Shown: one piece after another, positions 49,333-58,987 of the stretch
Layout of the letters: every line of letters begins with the position of its first letter
Position numbering within the stretch: the first letter of the stretch is position 1
From: a bacterium
GTDB lineage: Bacteria; SAR324; NAC60-12
Length of the DNA stretch: 64,000 nucleotides
Reading direction: 5' to 3'
Assembly (NCBI GenBank): GCA_965233585.1
Contig: CBDDTI010000745.1
Location: forward strand, 416,001 to 480,000
Translations under genes and position numbers: made by a program
The notes under the pieces: generated by a model
Database searches by the model: none
What the model saw: the letters and a program-made list of their open reading frames with translations, nothing else
What the model was told of the DNA's origin: nothing

Positions 49333-50028
49333 ATGAAATTTAATATTGTCTCTGACAATCAAACTCAAGTTTCTCCCTCTTCTGATGTTCATTCTGAGAT
49401 TGAGAAACTGGTCAAAGACCATCCTGTTGTCCTGTTTATGAAAGGTACACCAGAAGCCCCCCAATGTGGTTTCTCTGCAAAGACTTCGCAAATTTTGAAT
49501 GCGTGGAAAGTGCCTTATGAGTCATTCAATGTGTTGAGCGATCAAAACGTCCGTGAAGGCATTAAGGCGTATTCCAACTGGCCCACCATTCCACAGCTTT
49601 ATGTTAAAAGTGAGTTCGTAGGAGGTTGTGACATCATCACAGAGCTTTCAGAGTCAGGAGAATTGCAGGAGATTTTACAAGAAGCTCTTCCTGACATGGT
49701 CATCACGCCACCCCTTCCTCCAGCTGAAGTCCAACGCATTTCTGTTCAAGAAGCACAAGACATGCTGACAAAAAATAGCCACCTCAAACTGCTAGACTTA
49801 AGCCACTCATCAGAACATTATGATTTGGAAATTGAGCAAATACAAAGGTTGGATCAGTTTCTTGTAGATGAAATTTTGCAGACATGGGAAGAAAAGACGC
49901 CATTGATTTTGGTTTGCGATCACGGGATTCGTTCTATTGAGGCAGGGAATTTTTTTGCCGCACATGGCTTCCAGAATATTTATAGCGTAGATGGAGGACT
50001 TGCTGCATGGTCAGAGGCTTTAACTTAA
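49333..50028 (+). CDS. grxD: Monothiol glutaredoxin (Grx4/GrxD) fused to a rhodanese domain
   Basis: FMKGTPEAPQCGFS, WPTIPQLY and GGCD; C-terminal CDHGIRS...GF.NIYSVDGGLAAW. Confidence 0.9.
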   Translation: MKFNIVSDNQTQVSPSSDVHSEIEKLVKDHPVVLFMKGTPEAPQCGFSAKTSQILNAWKVPYESFNVLSDQNVREGIKAYSNWPTIPQLYVKSEFVGGCDIITELSESGELQEILQEALPDMVITPPLPPAEVQRISVQEAQDMLTKNSHLKLLDLSHSSEHYDLEIEQIQRLDQFLVDEILQTWEEKTPLILVCDHGIRSIEAGNFFAAHGFQNIYSVDGGLAAWSEALT

Positions 50029-50047
50029 TTTAAAAGGAGAATAACAA

Positions 50048-50419
50048 GTGGATTTTCAAAAAGAATATGTAGTGCAACTGACAGAAAAAGCGGCTGAGGT
50101 CGTCAAGAATGCGTGTGCTGAAGAGCAAAAGTCGCCTGAAGAACAATTTTTAAGATTGTGTGCCGCACCCGGCGGCTGTTCAGGCTACAAATATAAACTA
50201 GACTTTAACGCTCCTGAAGACGTCAGCGACAATGACCTTTCTTTTGATTCACACGGCATCAAGGTAGTCGTCAACCAAAAAGAACTCTATGATGTCATTG
50301 GTTCAGTGGAAATTGACTACACTGATGCCAATATGGTAGAGCAAGGGTTTGTTTTTAAACCCATCTCCAATAGTCTGCAATGTGGCTGTGGTCAGTCATT
50401 TACAGCGATCAAAAGATGA
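50048..50419 (+). CDS. A-type Fe-S cluster carrier (HesB/IscA/ErpA family)
   Basis: GGCSGYKY and C-terminal CGCGQSF. Confidence 0.92.
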   Translation: MDFQKEYVVQLTEKAAEVVKNACAEEQKSPEEQFLRLCAAPGGCSGYKYKLDFNAPEDVSDNDLSFDSHGIKVVVNQKELYDVIGSVEIDYTDANMVEQGFVFKPISNSLQCGCGQSFTAIKR

Positions 50420-51060
50420 CAACATTGTTGCAAGGTCTTCATTCTCTTCCTGAATTGGTTTGTATTGGTTTATTCATTTATAAATGGCTTTTAATCATTC
50501 ATATTTTATTGACATGGTTAAATCCTGACCCTTCAATGCCTGTCGTCAAGTTTTTAAGGCGTTGTGCTATGCCTGCATGGCAACTTGGTCTTTGGATTGC
50601 ACCTGACAGGTTTGTCCGTTATGCTTTGTACTTTGGCGTCTTAGGAGTCTTGTTTTTACAAGCATGGATTCCAGCCTTTTTGGAATCTACATTGCTCTTA
50701 TTGTCTGCTCCTGAAATCAAGTCTGCCTTTTCTCCTTTTGCTGTTCAGCTTGTAGGTCATACTGCACAAGCCTTTCTTCTGATTCTCAACAGCCTTGTTT
50801 GGTTTGTCATTATTCTGTTGGCTCTTTACTTTGTGTTGACTTTAGTCCGTGCAGGAAATAGCCCCATCACATACATGATTTACAGCATGAGTGTACCAAT
50901 TCTACAACCTGTGAGAAGATTGCTTCCACCTTCAACAAAATTTGACTACTCAGCACCTCTTTCTGCTGTGGTTTTAGTTTTGTTTAGTTCCTTTGGATTG
51001 ATGCCTCTTTCTGCTTACTTTAGCTTGCTCTCTTTACCTGTGCAAATCTGTGTCCTATGA
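50416..51060 (+). CDS. YggT family membrane protein (two YGGT-like repeats)
   Basis: LLTWLNPDPSMPVV.FL and PILQPVRRLLPP...DYSAP; ATG 50416 overlaps the upstream stop. Confidence 0.75.
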   Translation: MTTLLQGLHSLPELVCIGLFIYKWLLIIHILLTWLNPDPSMPVVKFLRRCAMPAWQLGLWIAPDRFVRYALYFGVLGVLFLQAWIPAFLESTLLLLSAPEIKSAFSPFAVQLVGHTAQAFLLILNSLVWFVIILLALYFVLTLVRAGNSPITYMIYSMSVPILQPVRRLLPPSTKFDYSAPLSAVVLVLFSSFGLMPLSAYFSLLSLPVQICVL

Positions 51061-51096
51061 CTTTCAAAAACCTTAACTTAACCTTTTAAAAATTTT

Positions 51097-53148
51097 ATGA
51101 AAACCCTAAAGATTGCCCTCATCTTTCTCAGTTTCTTTTGTATAAATCTCTCTGCTCAGCCTGCCAAACAAGAGCTAAAACAAGAATATGTTAGGTTCAT
51201 TGTCAAAAGGTTGGTTTCCATTCACTACTCCCGTCAAGCACTTGATGATAAGATGGCAGAACGTATTTTTAGGTTATACCTCCGCCAGATTGACCCAAGA
51301 CGTCATTATTTTTTAAGTGAAGACATCAACTCGTTTAAACCTCAAATTAGAAAGATTGATGATGCTCTCAAACGTGGCGATGTAGAACTGGCTCTTGAGA
51401 TTTTTAGCGTATTTAAAGAACGTTATCAAAGCTACCTCCAGTATGTTCAAACGCTTGCTGAAGAAGAACTAGTATTTGATACAGATTTAAAAATTGAGAT
51501 AGATCGCAGTAAGGCAAACTATCCCGAGACACAAGAAGATGCGCAAGCCTTGTGGCATGCAAAATTTCAGTTTGATATGCTCAATGCAACAAATGGCAAG
51601 CCAAGTATAGAAGAAGCAAAAGAACAGGTTTTGAAAAATGCACGTTCAGTCCAAAAGCATTATGCAGCATATTCTCATAATGAAGTCGTGGCACTCTATC
51701 TCAATGCACTAGCAAATGCGTATGACCCTCATACAACTTATTTACCACCTGTTGAGAAAAAAACTTTTGACATTAATATCCGCTTGTCTCTGGAAGGGAT
51801 TGGTGCAAGTTTACAGTGGGAAGACGGCTATACGATTGTCTCTTCCATCATACCTGGGGGAGCAGCTGAACGTCATGGGAAGCTCAAACCACGAGACCGC
51901 ATTATTGGAGTAGCACAGGCAAATAGACCATTTGAAAGTGTAGTGGATTGGAGAATCAACGATGTCATCAAACTGATTCGTGGCAAAAGAGGCACTACAG
52001 TTCGTTTGAGAGTCTTGCGTCAGGAAAAAGGAGAGGAACAAGTTCACACAATGTCCATCGTACGAGATAAAGTTGTTTTGAAGGCAAGAGAGGCTAAATC
52101 TGTCATTTTGAAGCCTGAGGAATCTGTTGAACAAGACTTTTGGAATATTGAAGTCAAAAATCGGATTGGTCTCATACGGTTGCCATCGTTTTACACAGAC
52201 TTTGAGGGTCGTCAAAAAAACCCTAGCGATTATAAAAGTGCTTATCGCGACGTGCGGAAGATTCTTTTTGATTTCAAAGAGCGAGGTGTAGAAGGTGTGA
52301 TTTTAGATTTACGTAACAATGGAGGAGGTGGACTTGGGGAAGCGATTGACATGGGCGGTTTGTTTTTGGGCAAAAAACCTATTGTTGCTGTCCGAAGTTT
52401 TAACAGCAACATCAGTGTCAAGGTGGCAAGACAAGCAAGGGTTTATGATGGTCCCCTGCTGGTACTACAAAGCCGTGTCAGTGCTTCTGCATCAGAAATT
52501 TTAGCAGGTGCATTGCAAGATTATGGACGCGCCATCATTGTAGGAGATGAGCAGTCTTTTGGCAAAGGCACTGTCCAAAGTATAGACGAATTGCCTGCCA
52601 ATCTAGGTGCATTGAAAATCACCATTGCACAGTTTTACAGAGTATCTGGAGGCTCCACACAAAACAAAGGCGTCGCATCAGACATTGTTTTGCCCTCGTT
52701 CAATGACGTCAACGACATTGGAGAACGCTTTGTGGACTACTCTTTGCCTTGGAAAAGCATCAACCCTGTTCGCTATCAAAACAATTTAGAAATCAAACCA
52801 CACATTGAAAAATTGAGGGCTTCATCTCAAAAACGTGTGAAGAAGTCTGAAGATTTTCAAGACATTGTCAAGGAAATCACAAATTATCAACAAAATGTCA
52901 AATCACGGAAATTCTCTACAATCGGTCAACTTCAAGAAGAATATCAAGAAAGGAAGGAACAAAGAGAAGCGGCACTGAAAAAACAAAGCCAAAACCAAGA
53001 TGAAAATGACACAAGCACAAAACCAGATGAATCCAAGTATCAGCAAAGTTTAGAAAAGTTTGGTTATTTTAACCCTGCAATGCAAGAAAGCATTCTCATT
53101 TTGCAAGATTATATTAGTTTCTTAAAAGACACTAAAAAGTCTCTTTGA
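51097..53148 (+). CDS. prc: Carboxy-terminal (tail-specific) processing protease, S41A
   Basis: YDPHTTY, LSLEGIGA PDZ, LDLRNNGGG, SASASEI, GKGTVQ and STQNKGV. Confidence 0.92.
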   Translation: MKTLKIALIFLSFFCINLSAQPAKQELKQEYVRFIVKRLVSIHYSRQALDDKMAERIFRLYLRQIDPRRHYFLSEDINSFKPQIRKIDDALKRGDVELALEIFSVFKERYQSYLQYVQTLAEEELVFDTDLKIEIDRSKANYPETQEDAQALWHAKFQFDMLNATNGKPSIEEAKEQVLKNARSVQKHYAAYSHNEVVALYLNALANAYDPHTTYLPPVEKKTFDINIRLSLEGIGASLQWEDGYTIVSSIIPGGAAERHGKLKPRDRIIGVAQANRPFESVVDWRINDVIKLIRGKRGTTVRLRVLRQEKGEEQVHTMSIVRDKVVLKAREAKSVILKPEESVEQDFWNIEVKNRIGLIRLPSFYTDFEGRQKNPSDYKSAYRDVRKILFDFKERGVEGVILDLRNNGGGGLGEAIDMGGLFLGKKPIVAVRSFNSNISVKVARQARVYDGPLLVLQSRVSASASEILAGALQDYGRAIIVGDEQSFGKGTVQSIDELPANLGALKITIAQFYRVSGGSTQNKGVASDIVLPSFNDVNDIGERFVDYSLPWKSINPVRYQNNLEIKPHIEKLRASSQKRVKKSEDFQDIVKEITNYQQNVKSRKFSTIGQLQEEYQERKEQREAALKKQSQNQDENDTSTKPDESKYQQSLEKFGYFNPAMQESILILQDYISFLKDTKKSL

Positions 53149-53157
53149 AAAAAATTT

Positions 53158-53187
53158 TTGACACTCACTGCATTTTTGTGTTAGAAA
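53158..53187 (+). promoter_or_regulatory. Putative sigma70 promoter of sdhCAB
   Basis: TTGACA-18 bp-TAGAAA with extended -10 TG. Confidence 0.5.
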
Positions 53188-53226
53188 TTATAGGATTAAA
53201 TTTTTTGATTCTCGCGTGTTAAGAAC

Positions 53227-53850
53227 ATGGAACCCTCATTTATTGCCAAACGCATTCATAGTCTAACAGGAATCGTTCCTATCGGACTATTTCTTGTCTA
53301 TCACCTCTACACACAACTTTACTTGAGTAGTGGAGCAGAAGCCTACAACAATAAAGTCAATAGCTTTTATGACAGCCCTTTGGCATTTTGGTTACTTGCC
53401 ATTTTTGTCTATATCCCTTTGATTTTTCACTCCATTTATGGGGTCAAACTTTGTTTTGAGGCAAAGGTTCAGCCAACATATCAGTACTTTGGTCATTTGC
53501 TCTATTGGCTTCAACGTGCCAGCGGAATTGGTGTGTTTCTGTTCATTCTTGCTCATCTTTGGAATGCGAAGGTTGCCCCAATACTTGCTGATGAATGGGG
53601 AACTCATTATGAACATCTTCACGAAGGTTTTAACGACCCTCAAACAGGATTGATTACCTTATCAGTTTATACGCTTGGAATTTTAGGGGCATGCTTCCAC
53701 TTTGCAAATGGAATCAACACTTTTTGCATGACATGGGGCATCGCAACCACTCCTAAATCTCAAAGCAGGGTGATGAAATTCAGTATCGCGCTTTTTATCA
53801 TTCTTGCTTCAATGGGATTTTATGGCATTGCTTCATTACTGATGCAATGA
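53227..53850 (+). CDS. sdhC: Succinate dehydrogenase cytochrome b subunit (five-TM, Bacillus type)
   Basis: KRIHSLTGIVPIG.FL..H, FHSIYG, QRASG...AH and FHFANG...WG; four heme-ligand His residues. Confidence 0.92.
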   Translation: MEPSFIAKRIHSLTGIVPIGLFLVYHLYTQLYLSSGAEAYNNKVNSFYDSPLAFWLLAIFVYIPLIFHSIYGVKLCFEAKVQPTYQYFGHLLYWLQRASGIGVFLFILAHLWNAKVAPILADEWGTHYEHLHEGFNDPQTGLITLSVYTLGILGACFHFANGINTFCMTWGIATTPKSQSRVMKFSIALFIILASMGFYGIASLLMQ

Positions 53851-53982
53851 GGTTTTTGAGTTACTTTGTCCAGATAAGATGAAGACACTTGAAGAAATAA
53901 CAATTATTCTGGTTCTCTAGCTTGATACATTGCTATTATTTTATTCAAAGAAAACAATGCTCATTGAAACAATTATACTACA

Positions 53983-54072
53983 ATGACTAGCTTTTTATGG
54001 ATATTGACCATAGCAATTACTTCCGTTGCGACCATAGGAACTTTGATTGTTTATTTTGACGGCAAAAAATAA
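53983..54072 (+). CDS. Possible 29-aa single-TM peptide
   Basis: MTSFLWILTIAITSVATIGTLIVYFDGKK* in the sdhC-sdhA gap; no clear RBS. Confidence 0.3.
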   Translation: MTSFLWILTIAITSVATIGTLIVYFDGKK

Positions 54073-54145
54073 AAAAATTCTGAACATTCTTAACGTAGGT
54101 TAGTTTTAGTTTAGGCAAAAAAGACATTATTTAGAATTTAGAACT

Positions 54146-56074
54146 ATGCAAAAAGTCATTGTCATTGGAGGAGGTTTGGCAGGTTTGGCAGCAACCATGA
54201 AAATTGCTGAACAGAAAATGCCTGTCGCCCTTATCTCATTTTTACCCGTCAAACGTTCTCATTCTGTTTGTGCGCAAGGTGGTATTAACGGGGCAGTTAA
54301 CATCAAAGGAGAAGGAGACTCTCCAGACATTCATTTTTACGACACGGTCAAAGGAGGGGATTTTCTTGCACATCAGCCTCTATGTAAAGACATGTGCGCC
54401 CATGGTCCATTCGTGATTAACCTCATGGATCGGCTGGGTGTCCCATTTAACCGTACATCTGAAGGAAATTTAGATTTTAGGCGATTTGGTGGGACGTTAC
54501 ATCATCGCACTGCATTTTCTGGTGCAACAACAGGTCAGCAGTTGCTTTATGCACTTGATGAACAAGTACGTAAATATGAAGATGAAGGTTTGGTTGAAAA
54601 GATGGAATGGCACGAATATCTTGGAGCAGTCTTAGATGATTCAGGGGTTTGCGTCGGTGCCGTCGTTCATAACTTGCGGACGTCAACCATCACAACATTG
54701 CGAGGTGCTGCTGTGATTCTTGCAACAGGTGGTCCGGGTTTGGTTTATGGTCGTTCTACCAATTCGGCAGTCTGCACAGGGACGGCAGTCACTTCAGCCT
54801 ATCTACAAGGTGCAAAATATGGCAACGGTGAGTTTATCCAGATTCACCCTTCTGCAATACCGGGACAAGATAAACTACGTCTGATGAGTGAGTCTGCAAG
54901 AGGTGAAGGCGGAAGAGTTTGGGTGCCAAGAAAAGCGGGGGATTCAAGACCACCCAAACAAATACCAGAAGAGGAAAGATTTTATTTTCTTGAAGAACGT
55001 TATCCTTTGTTTGGAAATCTTGTGCCGCGCGACGTGGGATCAAGAGAAATTTATGATGTGTGCGTCAATTCAGGTTTAGGCGTCGGGGGAGAAAACAAAG
55101 TTTATTTAGATTTGACCCATCACTCAAGAGAGTTTTTAGATAGAAGACTGGGAGGAATTTTGGAAATTTATCAAAAATTCACTGGTAGCGACCCCCGTGA
55201 GCAACCAATGGAAATTTTTCCTGCTGTGCATTATTCAATGGGAGGAATTTGGACAGACTACCAACGTACTGAAGATGGTTTCATTGACCATTCTTCACCA
55301 CGTAACCAGATGACTTCTATTGAGGGACTTTATGCCGCAGGTGAAGCGGATTATCAGTACCACGGAGCCAATCGTTTAGGTGCAAACTCTCTCTTGAGTT
55401 GCATTTATACAGGTCTGATGATGGGGCCGGGCGTTGTGAATTATGTTAAAAGTTGTTCAAAGGCGGTAGATGATTTAAGTTCCAATGTTTACGATTCATA
55501 CGAAAAGTTATGGCAAGGTCATTTTGATTCTATCAAACAGATGAAGGGCAAAGAAAATCCTTATGCACTCCATGAAGAGCTTGGAAATTTGATGATCAAT
55601 AACGTCTTGATTGTCAGGGACAATGCAAAACTAAAGAAAACATTAGATTTAATTGAAGAAATAGAAAAACGTTGGCACGATATAGAATGTGTTGACACTC
55701 AAACTTGGAGCAATCCCACGCCAAGCTATGTCAACCAACTTTACAATATGATTCATCTTTCTAAGATCATTGCTAAAGGAGCATTGATGCGTGATGAATT
55801 TAGAGGTTCTCACTACAAACCAGATTTTGATTTGCAACAGCCTAAAGATTTCAAACCCGATTCTTATTTAGAGTATCTGAAGCTAAAAACAGAGAACATT
55901 GCCCTTGATGATAAATTCAAACCTGAACATTTAGAATACATGAGACGATTTGAAGCAAATAATGACCAGTGGCTTAAATCAACCATTGCATCTTATCAAG
56001 ACAACCAACCAAAAATCACTTATGAGGAAGTAGATACGTCTCTTATTACACCACGTCCTAGAAAATATGATTGA
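54146..56074 (+). CDS. sdhA: Succinate dehydrogenase flavoprotein subunit
   Basis: GGGLAG, RSHSVCAQGGIN, QIHPS, SESARGEG, HYSMGG and HGANRLGANS. Confidence 0.96.
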   Translation: MQKVIVIGGGLAGLAATMKIAEQKMPVALISFLPVKRSHSVCAQGGINGAVNIKGEGDSPDIHFYDTVKGGDFLAHQPLCKDMCAHGPFVINLMDRLGVPFNRTSEGNLDFRRFGGTLHHRTAFSGATTGQQLLYALDEQVRKYEDEGLVEKMEWHEYLGAVLDDSGVCVGAVVHNLRTSTITTLRGAAVILATGGPGLVYGRSTNSAVCTGTAVTSAYLQGAKYGNGEFIQIHPSAIPGQDKLRLMSESARGEGGRVWVPRKAGDSRPPKQIPEEERFYFLEERYPLFGNLVPRDVGSREIYDVCVNSGLGVGGENKVYLDLTHHSREFLDRRLGGILEIYQKFTGSDPREQPMEIFPAVHYSMGGIWTDYQRTEDGFIDHSSPRNQMTSIEGLYAAGEADYQYHGANRLGANSLLSCIYTGLMMGPGVVNYVKSCSKAVDDLSSNVYDSYEKLWQGHFDSIKQMKGKENPYALHEELGNLMINNVLIVRDNAKLKKTLDLIEEIEKRWHDIECVDTQTWSNPTPSYVNQLYNMIHLSKIIAKGALMRDEFRGSHYKPDFDLQQPKDFKPDSYLEYLKLKTENIALDDKFKPEHLEYMRRFEANNDQWLKSTIASYQDNQPKITYEEVDTSLITPRPRKYD

Positions 56075-56098
56075 TTCAACTTAACAACGAGTATTCCT

Positions 56099-56851
56099 AT
56101 GTCCCAAAAGAAAATCACCATTCAGGTTCAACGACAAGACAAACAAGATGCTGTAGCTTATTGGGAAACGTTTGAGCTACCGTATCGTCCAAACTCCAAT
56201 GTCATCTCCTGTCTTATGGAAATTCGCAAAAACCCTCAAACAAAAGAAGGAAAAAAAGTGTCTCCTATAGTTTGGGAGTGTAATTGCTTAGAGGAGGTTT
56301 GTGGTTCTTGCACAATGGTCATCAATGGTCAGGTTCGGCAGTCGTGTAGTAGTCTCATTGATCGTTTAGAACAGCCCATCAAACTACAACCCATGAGCAA
56401 ATTTCCTGTCATCAGAGATTTGGTGGTAGATCGTTCACGAATGTTTGCAAATTTGAAGAAAGTCAAGGCATGGGTGCCTGTTGATGGATACCATGATCTT
56501 GGAAAGGGGACAAATATTCACGAAAAGCAACAACAAATCGCATATCATCTGTCTGAATGTATGACATGCGGTTGTTGTATGGAAGCATGCCCTCAATTTA
56601 CACGAGATAATTCATTTGTTGGTGCTGCTGCTATCAGTCAGGTTCGTCTTTTTAACATGAATCCAACAGGTTCAGGTTTAAAGGAAGAACGACTTAATGT
56701 TCTGATGCAAGATGGTGGAATTGCTGACTGTGGCAATGCTCAGAACTGTGTTAAAGTCTGCCCTAAATCTATTCCTCTGACAGAATCCATTGCAGAGATT
56801 GGTAAACAAGTCTCCTTTCAATTCATCAAAAATATTTTTCAAGCTCGCTAA
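56099..56851 (+). CDS. sdhB: Succinate dehydrogenase iron-sulfur subunit
   Basis: CLEEVCGSC, CMTCGCCMEACP and CGNAQNCVKVCP. Confidence 0.96.
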   Translation: MSQKKITIQVQRQDKQDAVAYWETFELPYRPNSNVISCLMEIRKNPQTKEGKKVSPIVWECNCLEEVCGSCTMVINGQVRQSCSSLIDRLEQPIKLQPMSKFPVIRDLVVDRSRMFANLKKVKAWVPVDGYHDLGKGTNIHEKQQQIAYHLSECMTCGCCMEACPQFTRDNSFVGAAAISQVRLFNMNPTGSGLKEERLNVLMQDGGIADCGNAQNCVKVCPKSIPLTESIAEIGKQVSFQFIKNIFQAR

Positions 56852-56884
56852 TCGTCCTAACTTTTGATTTTTTAAGATTCAACC

Positions 56885-56920
56885 GCTCAAATTCTAACTC
56901 AAGGTTTGAGCTTGTTTTTT
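56885..56920 (+). terminator. Intrinsic terminator after sdhB
   Basis: GCTCAAATT...GGTTTGAGC stem followed by TTGTTTTTT. Confidence 0.55.
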
Positions 56921-57023
56921 AAAAATCCATTCCTGCATCATTTTTTCATGACGAAGTTATGACTAGATTTAATCTTCAAAAGGACATACAATAGCACACT
57001 TGTAACTTTATAGAGTAAAAACA

Positions 57024-57509
57024 GTGTTCGGTAAAACCAAAAATACTTCCACCCCAAAGGGAACAACCTACATTGGAATAGGAATGAAAGTGGAGGGCAC
57101 AGTCCGCAGTTCTGGCACCATTCGCATTGATGGTGAAGTCATCGGAGATGTAGAGTGCCAAGATGAGGTGATGATTGGTTCTCAAGGAATCATCACAGCA
57201 ACAATCCGCGCAGCAAAAATCGTTGTTAATGGCAAAGTAGAAGGGAATCTTTTTGCAAATGATTATGTAGAAGCACTCAATGGTGCCTTCATCAATGGAA
57301 ATGTCACAGCGCCACCGGGTAAGTTACGTATCCACGAAGGAGCAGTGATTCAAGGACAGTCTATTCCTGATGAATCTCTGAGAAACCAATCACCACCTTC
57401 TTTTGCCGGGAAAGAGACAAAACAAGGAACACCAAACAAGACAAGTCAGACGTCTGAAAAGGCAAAAGAGATAGAAGATCCCCTAAAGAAGTCCAAAAAA
57501 ATAGATTAA
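57024..57509 (+). CDS. Bactofilin (polymer-forming cytoskeletal protein)
   Basis: TYIGIGMKVEG...IRIDGEVIGDV...VNGKVEGN...IHEGAVIQG beta-helix repeats. Confidence 0.9.
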   Translation: MFGKTKNTSTPKGTTYIGIGMKVEGTVRSSGTIRIDGEVIGDVECQDEVMIGSQGIITATIRAAKIVVNGKVEGNLFANDYVEALNGAFINGNVTAPPGKLRIHEGAVIQGQSIPDESLRNQSPPSFAGKETKQGTPNKTSQTSEKAKEIEDPLKKSKKID

Positions 57510-57533
57510 TTTCTCTATCCCCCCGCTCTGTCA

Positions 57534-58394
57534 TTACATCAAATCCAAGCTGCGTGAAAATCCTGCTTGTTTAGGAAACAGCGAATGACTAAATTGAAAG
57601 CGAGTGGGAGCTTTCACTGGGATTTGTAGTGTTGGGACAATCAGAGGCAATGCCTTCCTCTTCAGCATCATCTTTGCGTCATTGCAGATTTTAGATTCTC
57701 CATCAATTTGTAGCCGAAAGCTTTCTTTTGTAGGCTGAATGATCATACAATCCTTGTCATTCAGTTGTAACTCTGAGGAAAATCCATATCTAAATTCTAG
57801 CCGACTCTTTCTCATTTCATCTATGTTCACGTACAGAGAATGAATAGATGAGGAATGTAACTTTGCAGTAAAATTTTGACCATGCAAAATCATAGACCGC
57901 TTATGATTTTCAAGATGTTCATCAACTTTCTGTGAAGAATTGAAAAACTTTGACCCTGCTGAACACTTACTCCAAAAATAATTGACCTCCCCATCAACGA
58001 TGACTTGACCGAAGTCAAATGTAAAAACTTGTTCTTGATTGAAGATGTCAGAGGCATATTTCAGTTGTCCACTAAGTAAACAAAGCCAAGCACTTTCTAA
58101 TTTGGAAACAGACCATGCTCCTAACTTCAGCTCCTGCCTTGACGATTCAGTTAACTGTAAGACTTCTTTCGCAACTCTCAAGACCATTTCTGGGGTTGAA
58201 AGAACCACAATTTTCTTGAAACCATTTTGAAAGACTTGATGAAACGCATGTTGAAGACTTGACGTATCTGAAGCAAAAAAGGATTCCCAATATGCCCCAT
58301 TGGCTTTGAGAATCGGAGACATTTTTTTCCACAATGCAGACATTTGTGCCAAATTCAGATCATCTAAAATCAGACAGCCAGCTGTGGGTTTCAT
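57534..58394 (-). CDS. Hypothetical protein, possibly degenerate diacylglycerol-kinase-like fold
   Basis: FDFGQV...NYF...SAG, LQIDGE and ALPLIVP resemble the DAGK C-terminal half; no GGDG motif. Confidence 0.5.
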   Translation of the reverse strand: MKPTAGCLILDDLNLAQMSALWKKMSPILKANGAYWESFFASDTSSLQHAFHQVFQNGFKKIVVLSTPEMVLRVAKEVLQLTESSRQELKLGAWSVSKLESAWLCLLSGQLKYASDIFNQEQVFTFDFGQVIVDGEVNYFWSKCSAGSKFFNSSQKVDEHLENHKRSMILHGQNFTAKLHSSSIHSLYVNIDEMRKSRLEFRYGFSSELQLNDKDCMIIQPTKESFRLQIDGESKICNDAKMMLKRKALPLIVPTLQIPVKAPTRFQFSHSLFPKQAGFSRSLDLM

Positions 58395-58403
58395 TTGTTT
58401 GGT

Positions 58404-58973
58404 CTATTTGGGTAAATTTGACAAAAGTGCATCAACTTGACTAGTCAGATGCTGAACAGATTGTCTATTGTCTATGATATGAGTTGCAAAACGTTGTCGT
58501 TCTTCAAATGTTGATTGCGAGTGAATCCTTTGCAAAACCTCTGTTTCTGTCCACTGATTGCGTCGCTTGATTCTCAAAATCACTTGCTCAACCGAGGCGT
58601 CAACAAGCCAAACTTCTTGGCATTTGTGATGCCAGCCTGCCTCAACCAACAATGCCGCTTCCAAAAAACACAAACGACTTTCACTAACTTGTTGCTCAAT
58701 ACGTTTTCCGATATAAAACCAGCAAATCCTATTGAGTTTTTGTAGTTCATCGGGATTAGAAAAAACGACAGATGCTAACTTTTGACGATCAATCACTTGA
58801 TCTTGAGACAAAATTTTCTCACCAAATTGTGTTAGAACTTCGTCAAAGGCTTCTTCTTGCAAAACTAAATGCCCTAACTTGTCAGCATCAATCACAATAT
58901 AACCCTTAGATTTCAAATAGTGGGAAATGGTACTTTTACCAGACCCAATGCCCCCTGTGATTCCAATTAACAA
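58404..58973 (-). CDS. coaE: Dephospho-CoA kinase
   Basis: IGITGGIGSGKST, IDAD, IDRQKLASVVF, EAALLVEAGW and IIDN. Confidence 0.95.
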   Translation of the reverse strand: MLIGITGGIGSGKSTISHYLKSKGYIVIDADKLGHLVLQEEAFDEVLTQFGEKILSQDQVIDRQKLASVVFSNPDELQKLNRICWFYIGKRIEQQVSESRLCFLEAALLVEAGWHHKCQEVWLVDASVEQVILRIKRRNQWTETEVLQRIHSQSTFEERQRFATHIIDNRQSVQHLTSQVDALLSNLPK

Positions 58974-58987
58974 TTTTTCCTATTTTC

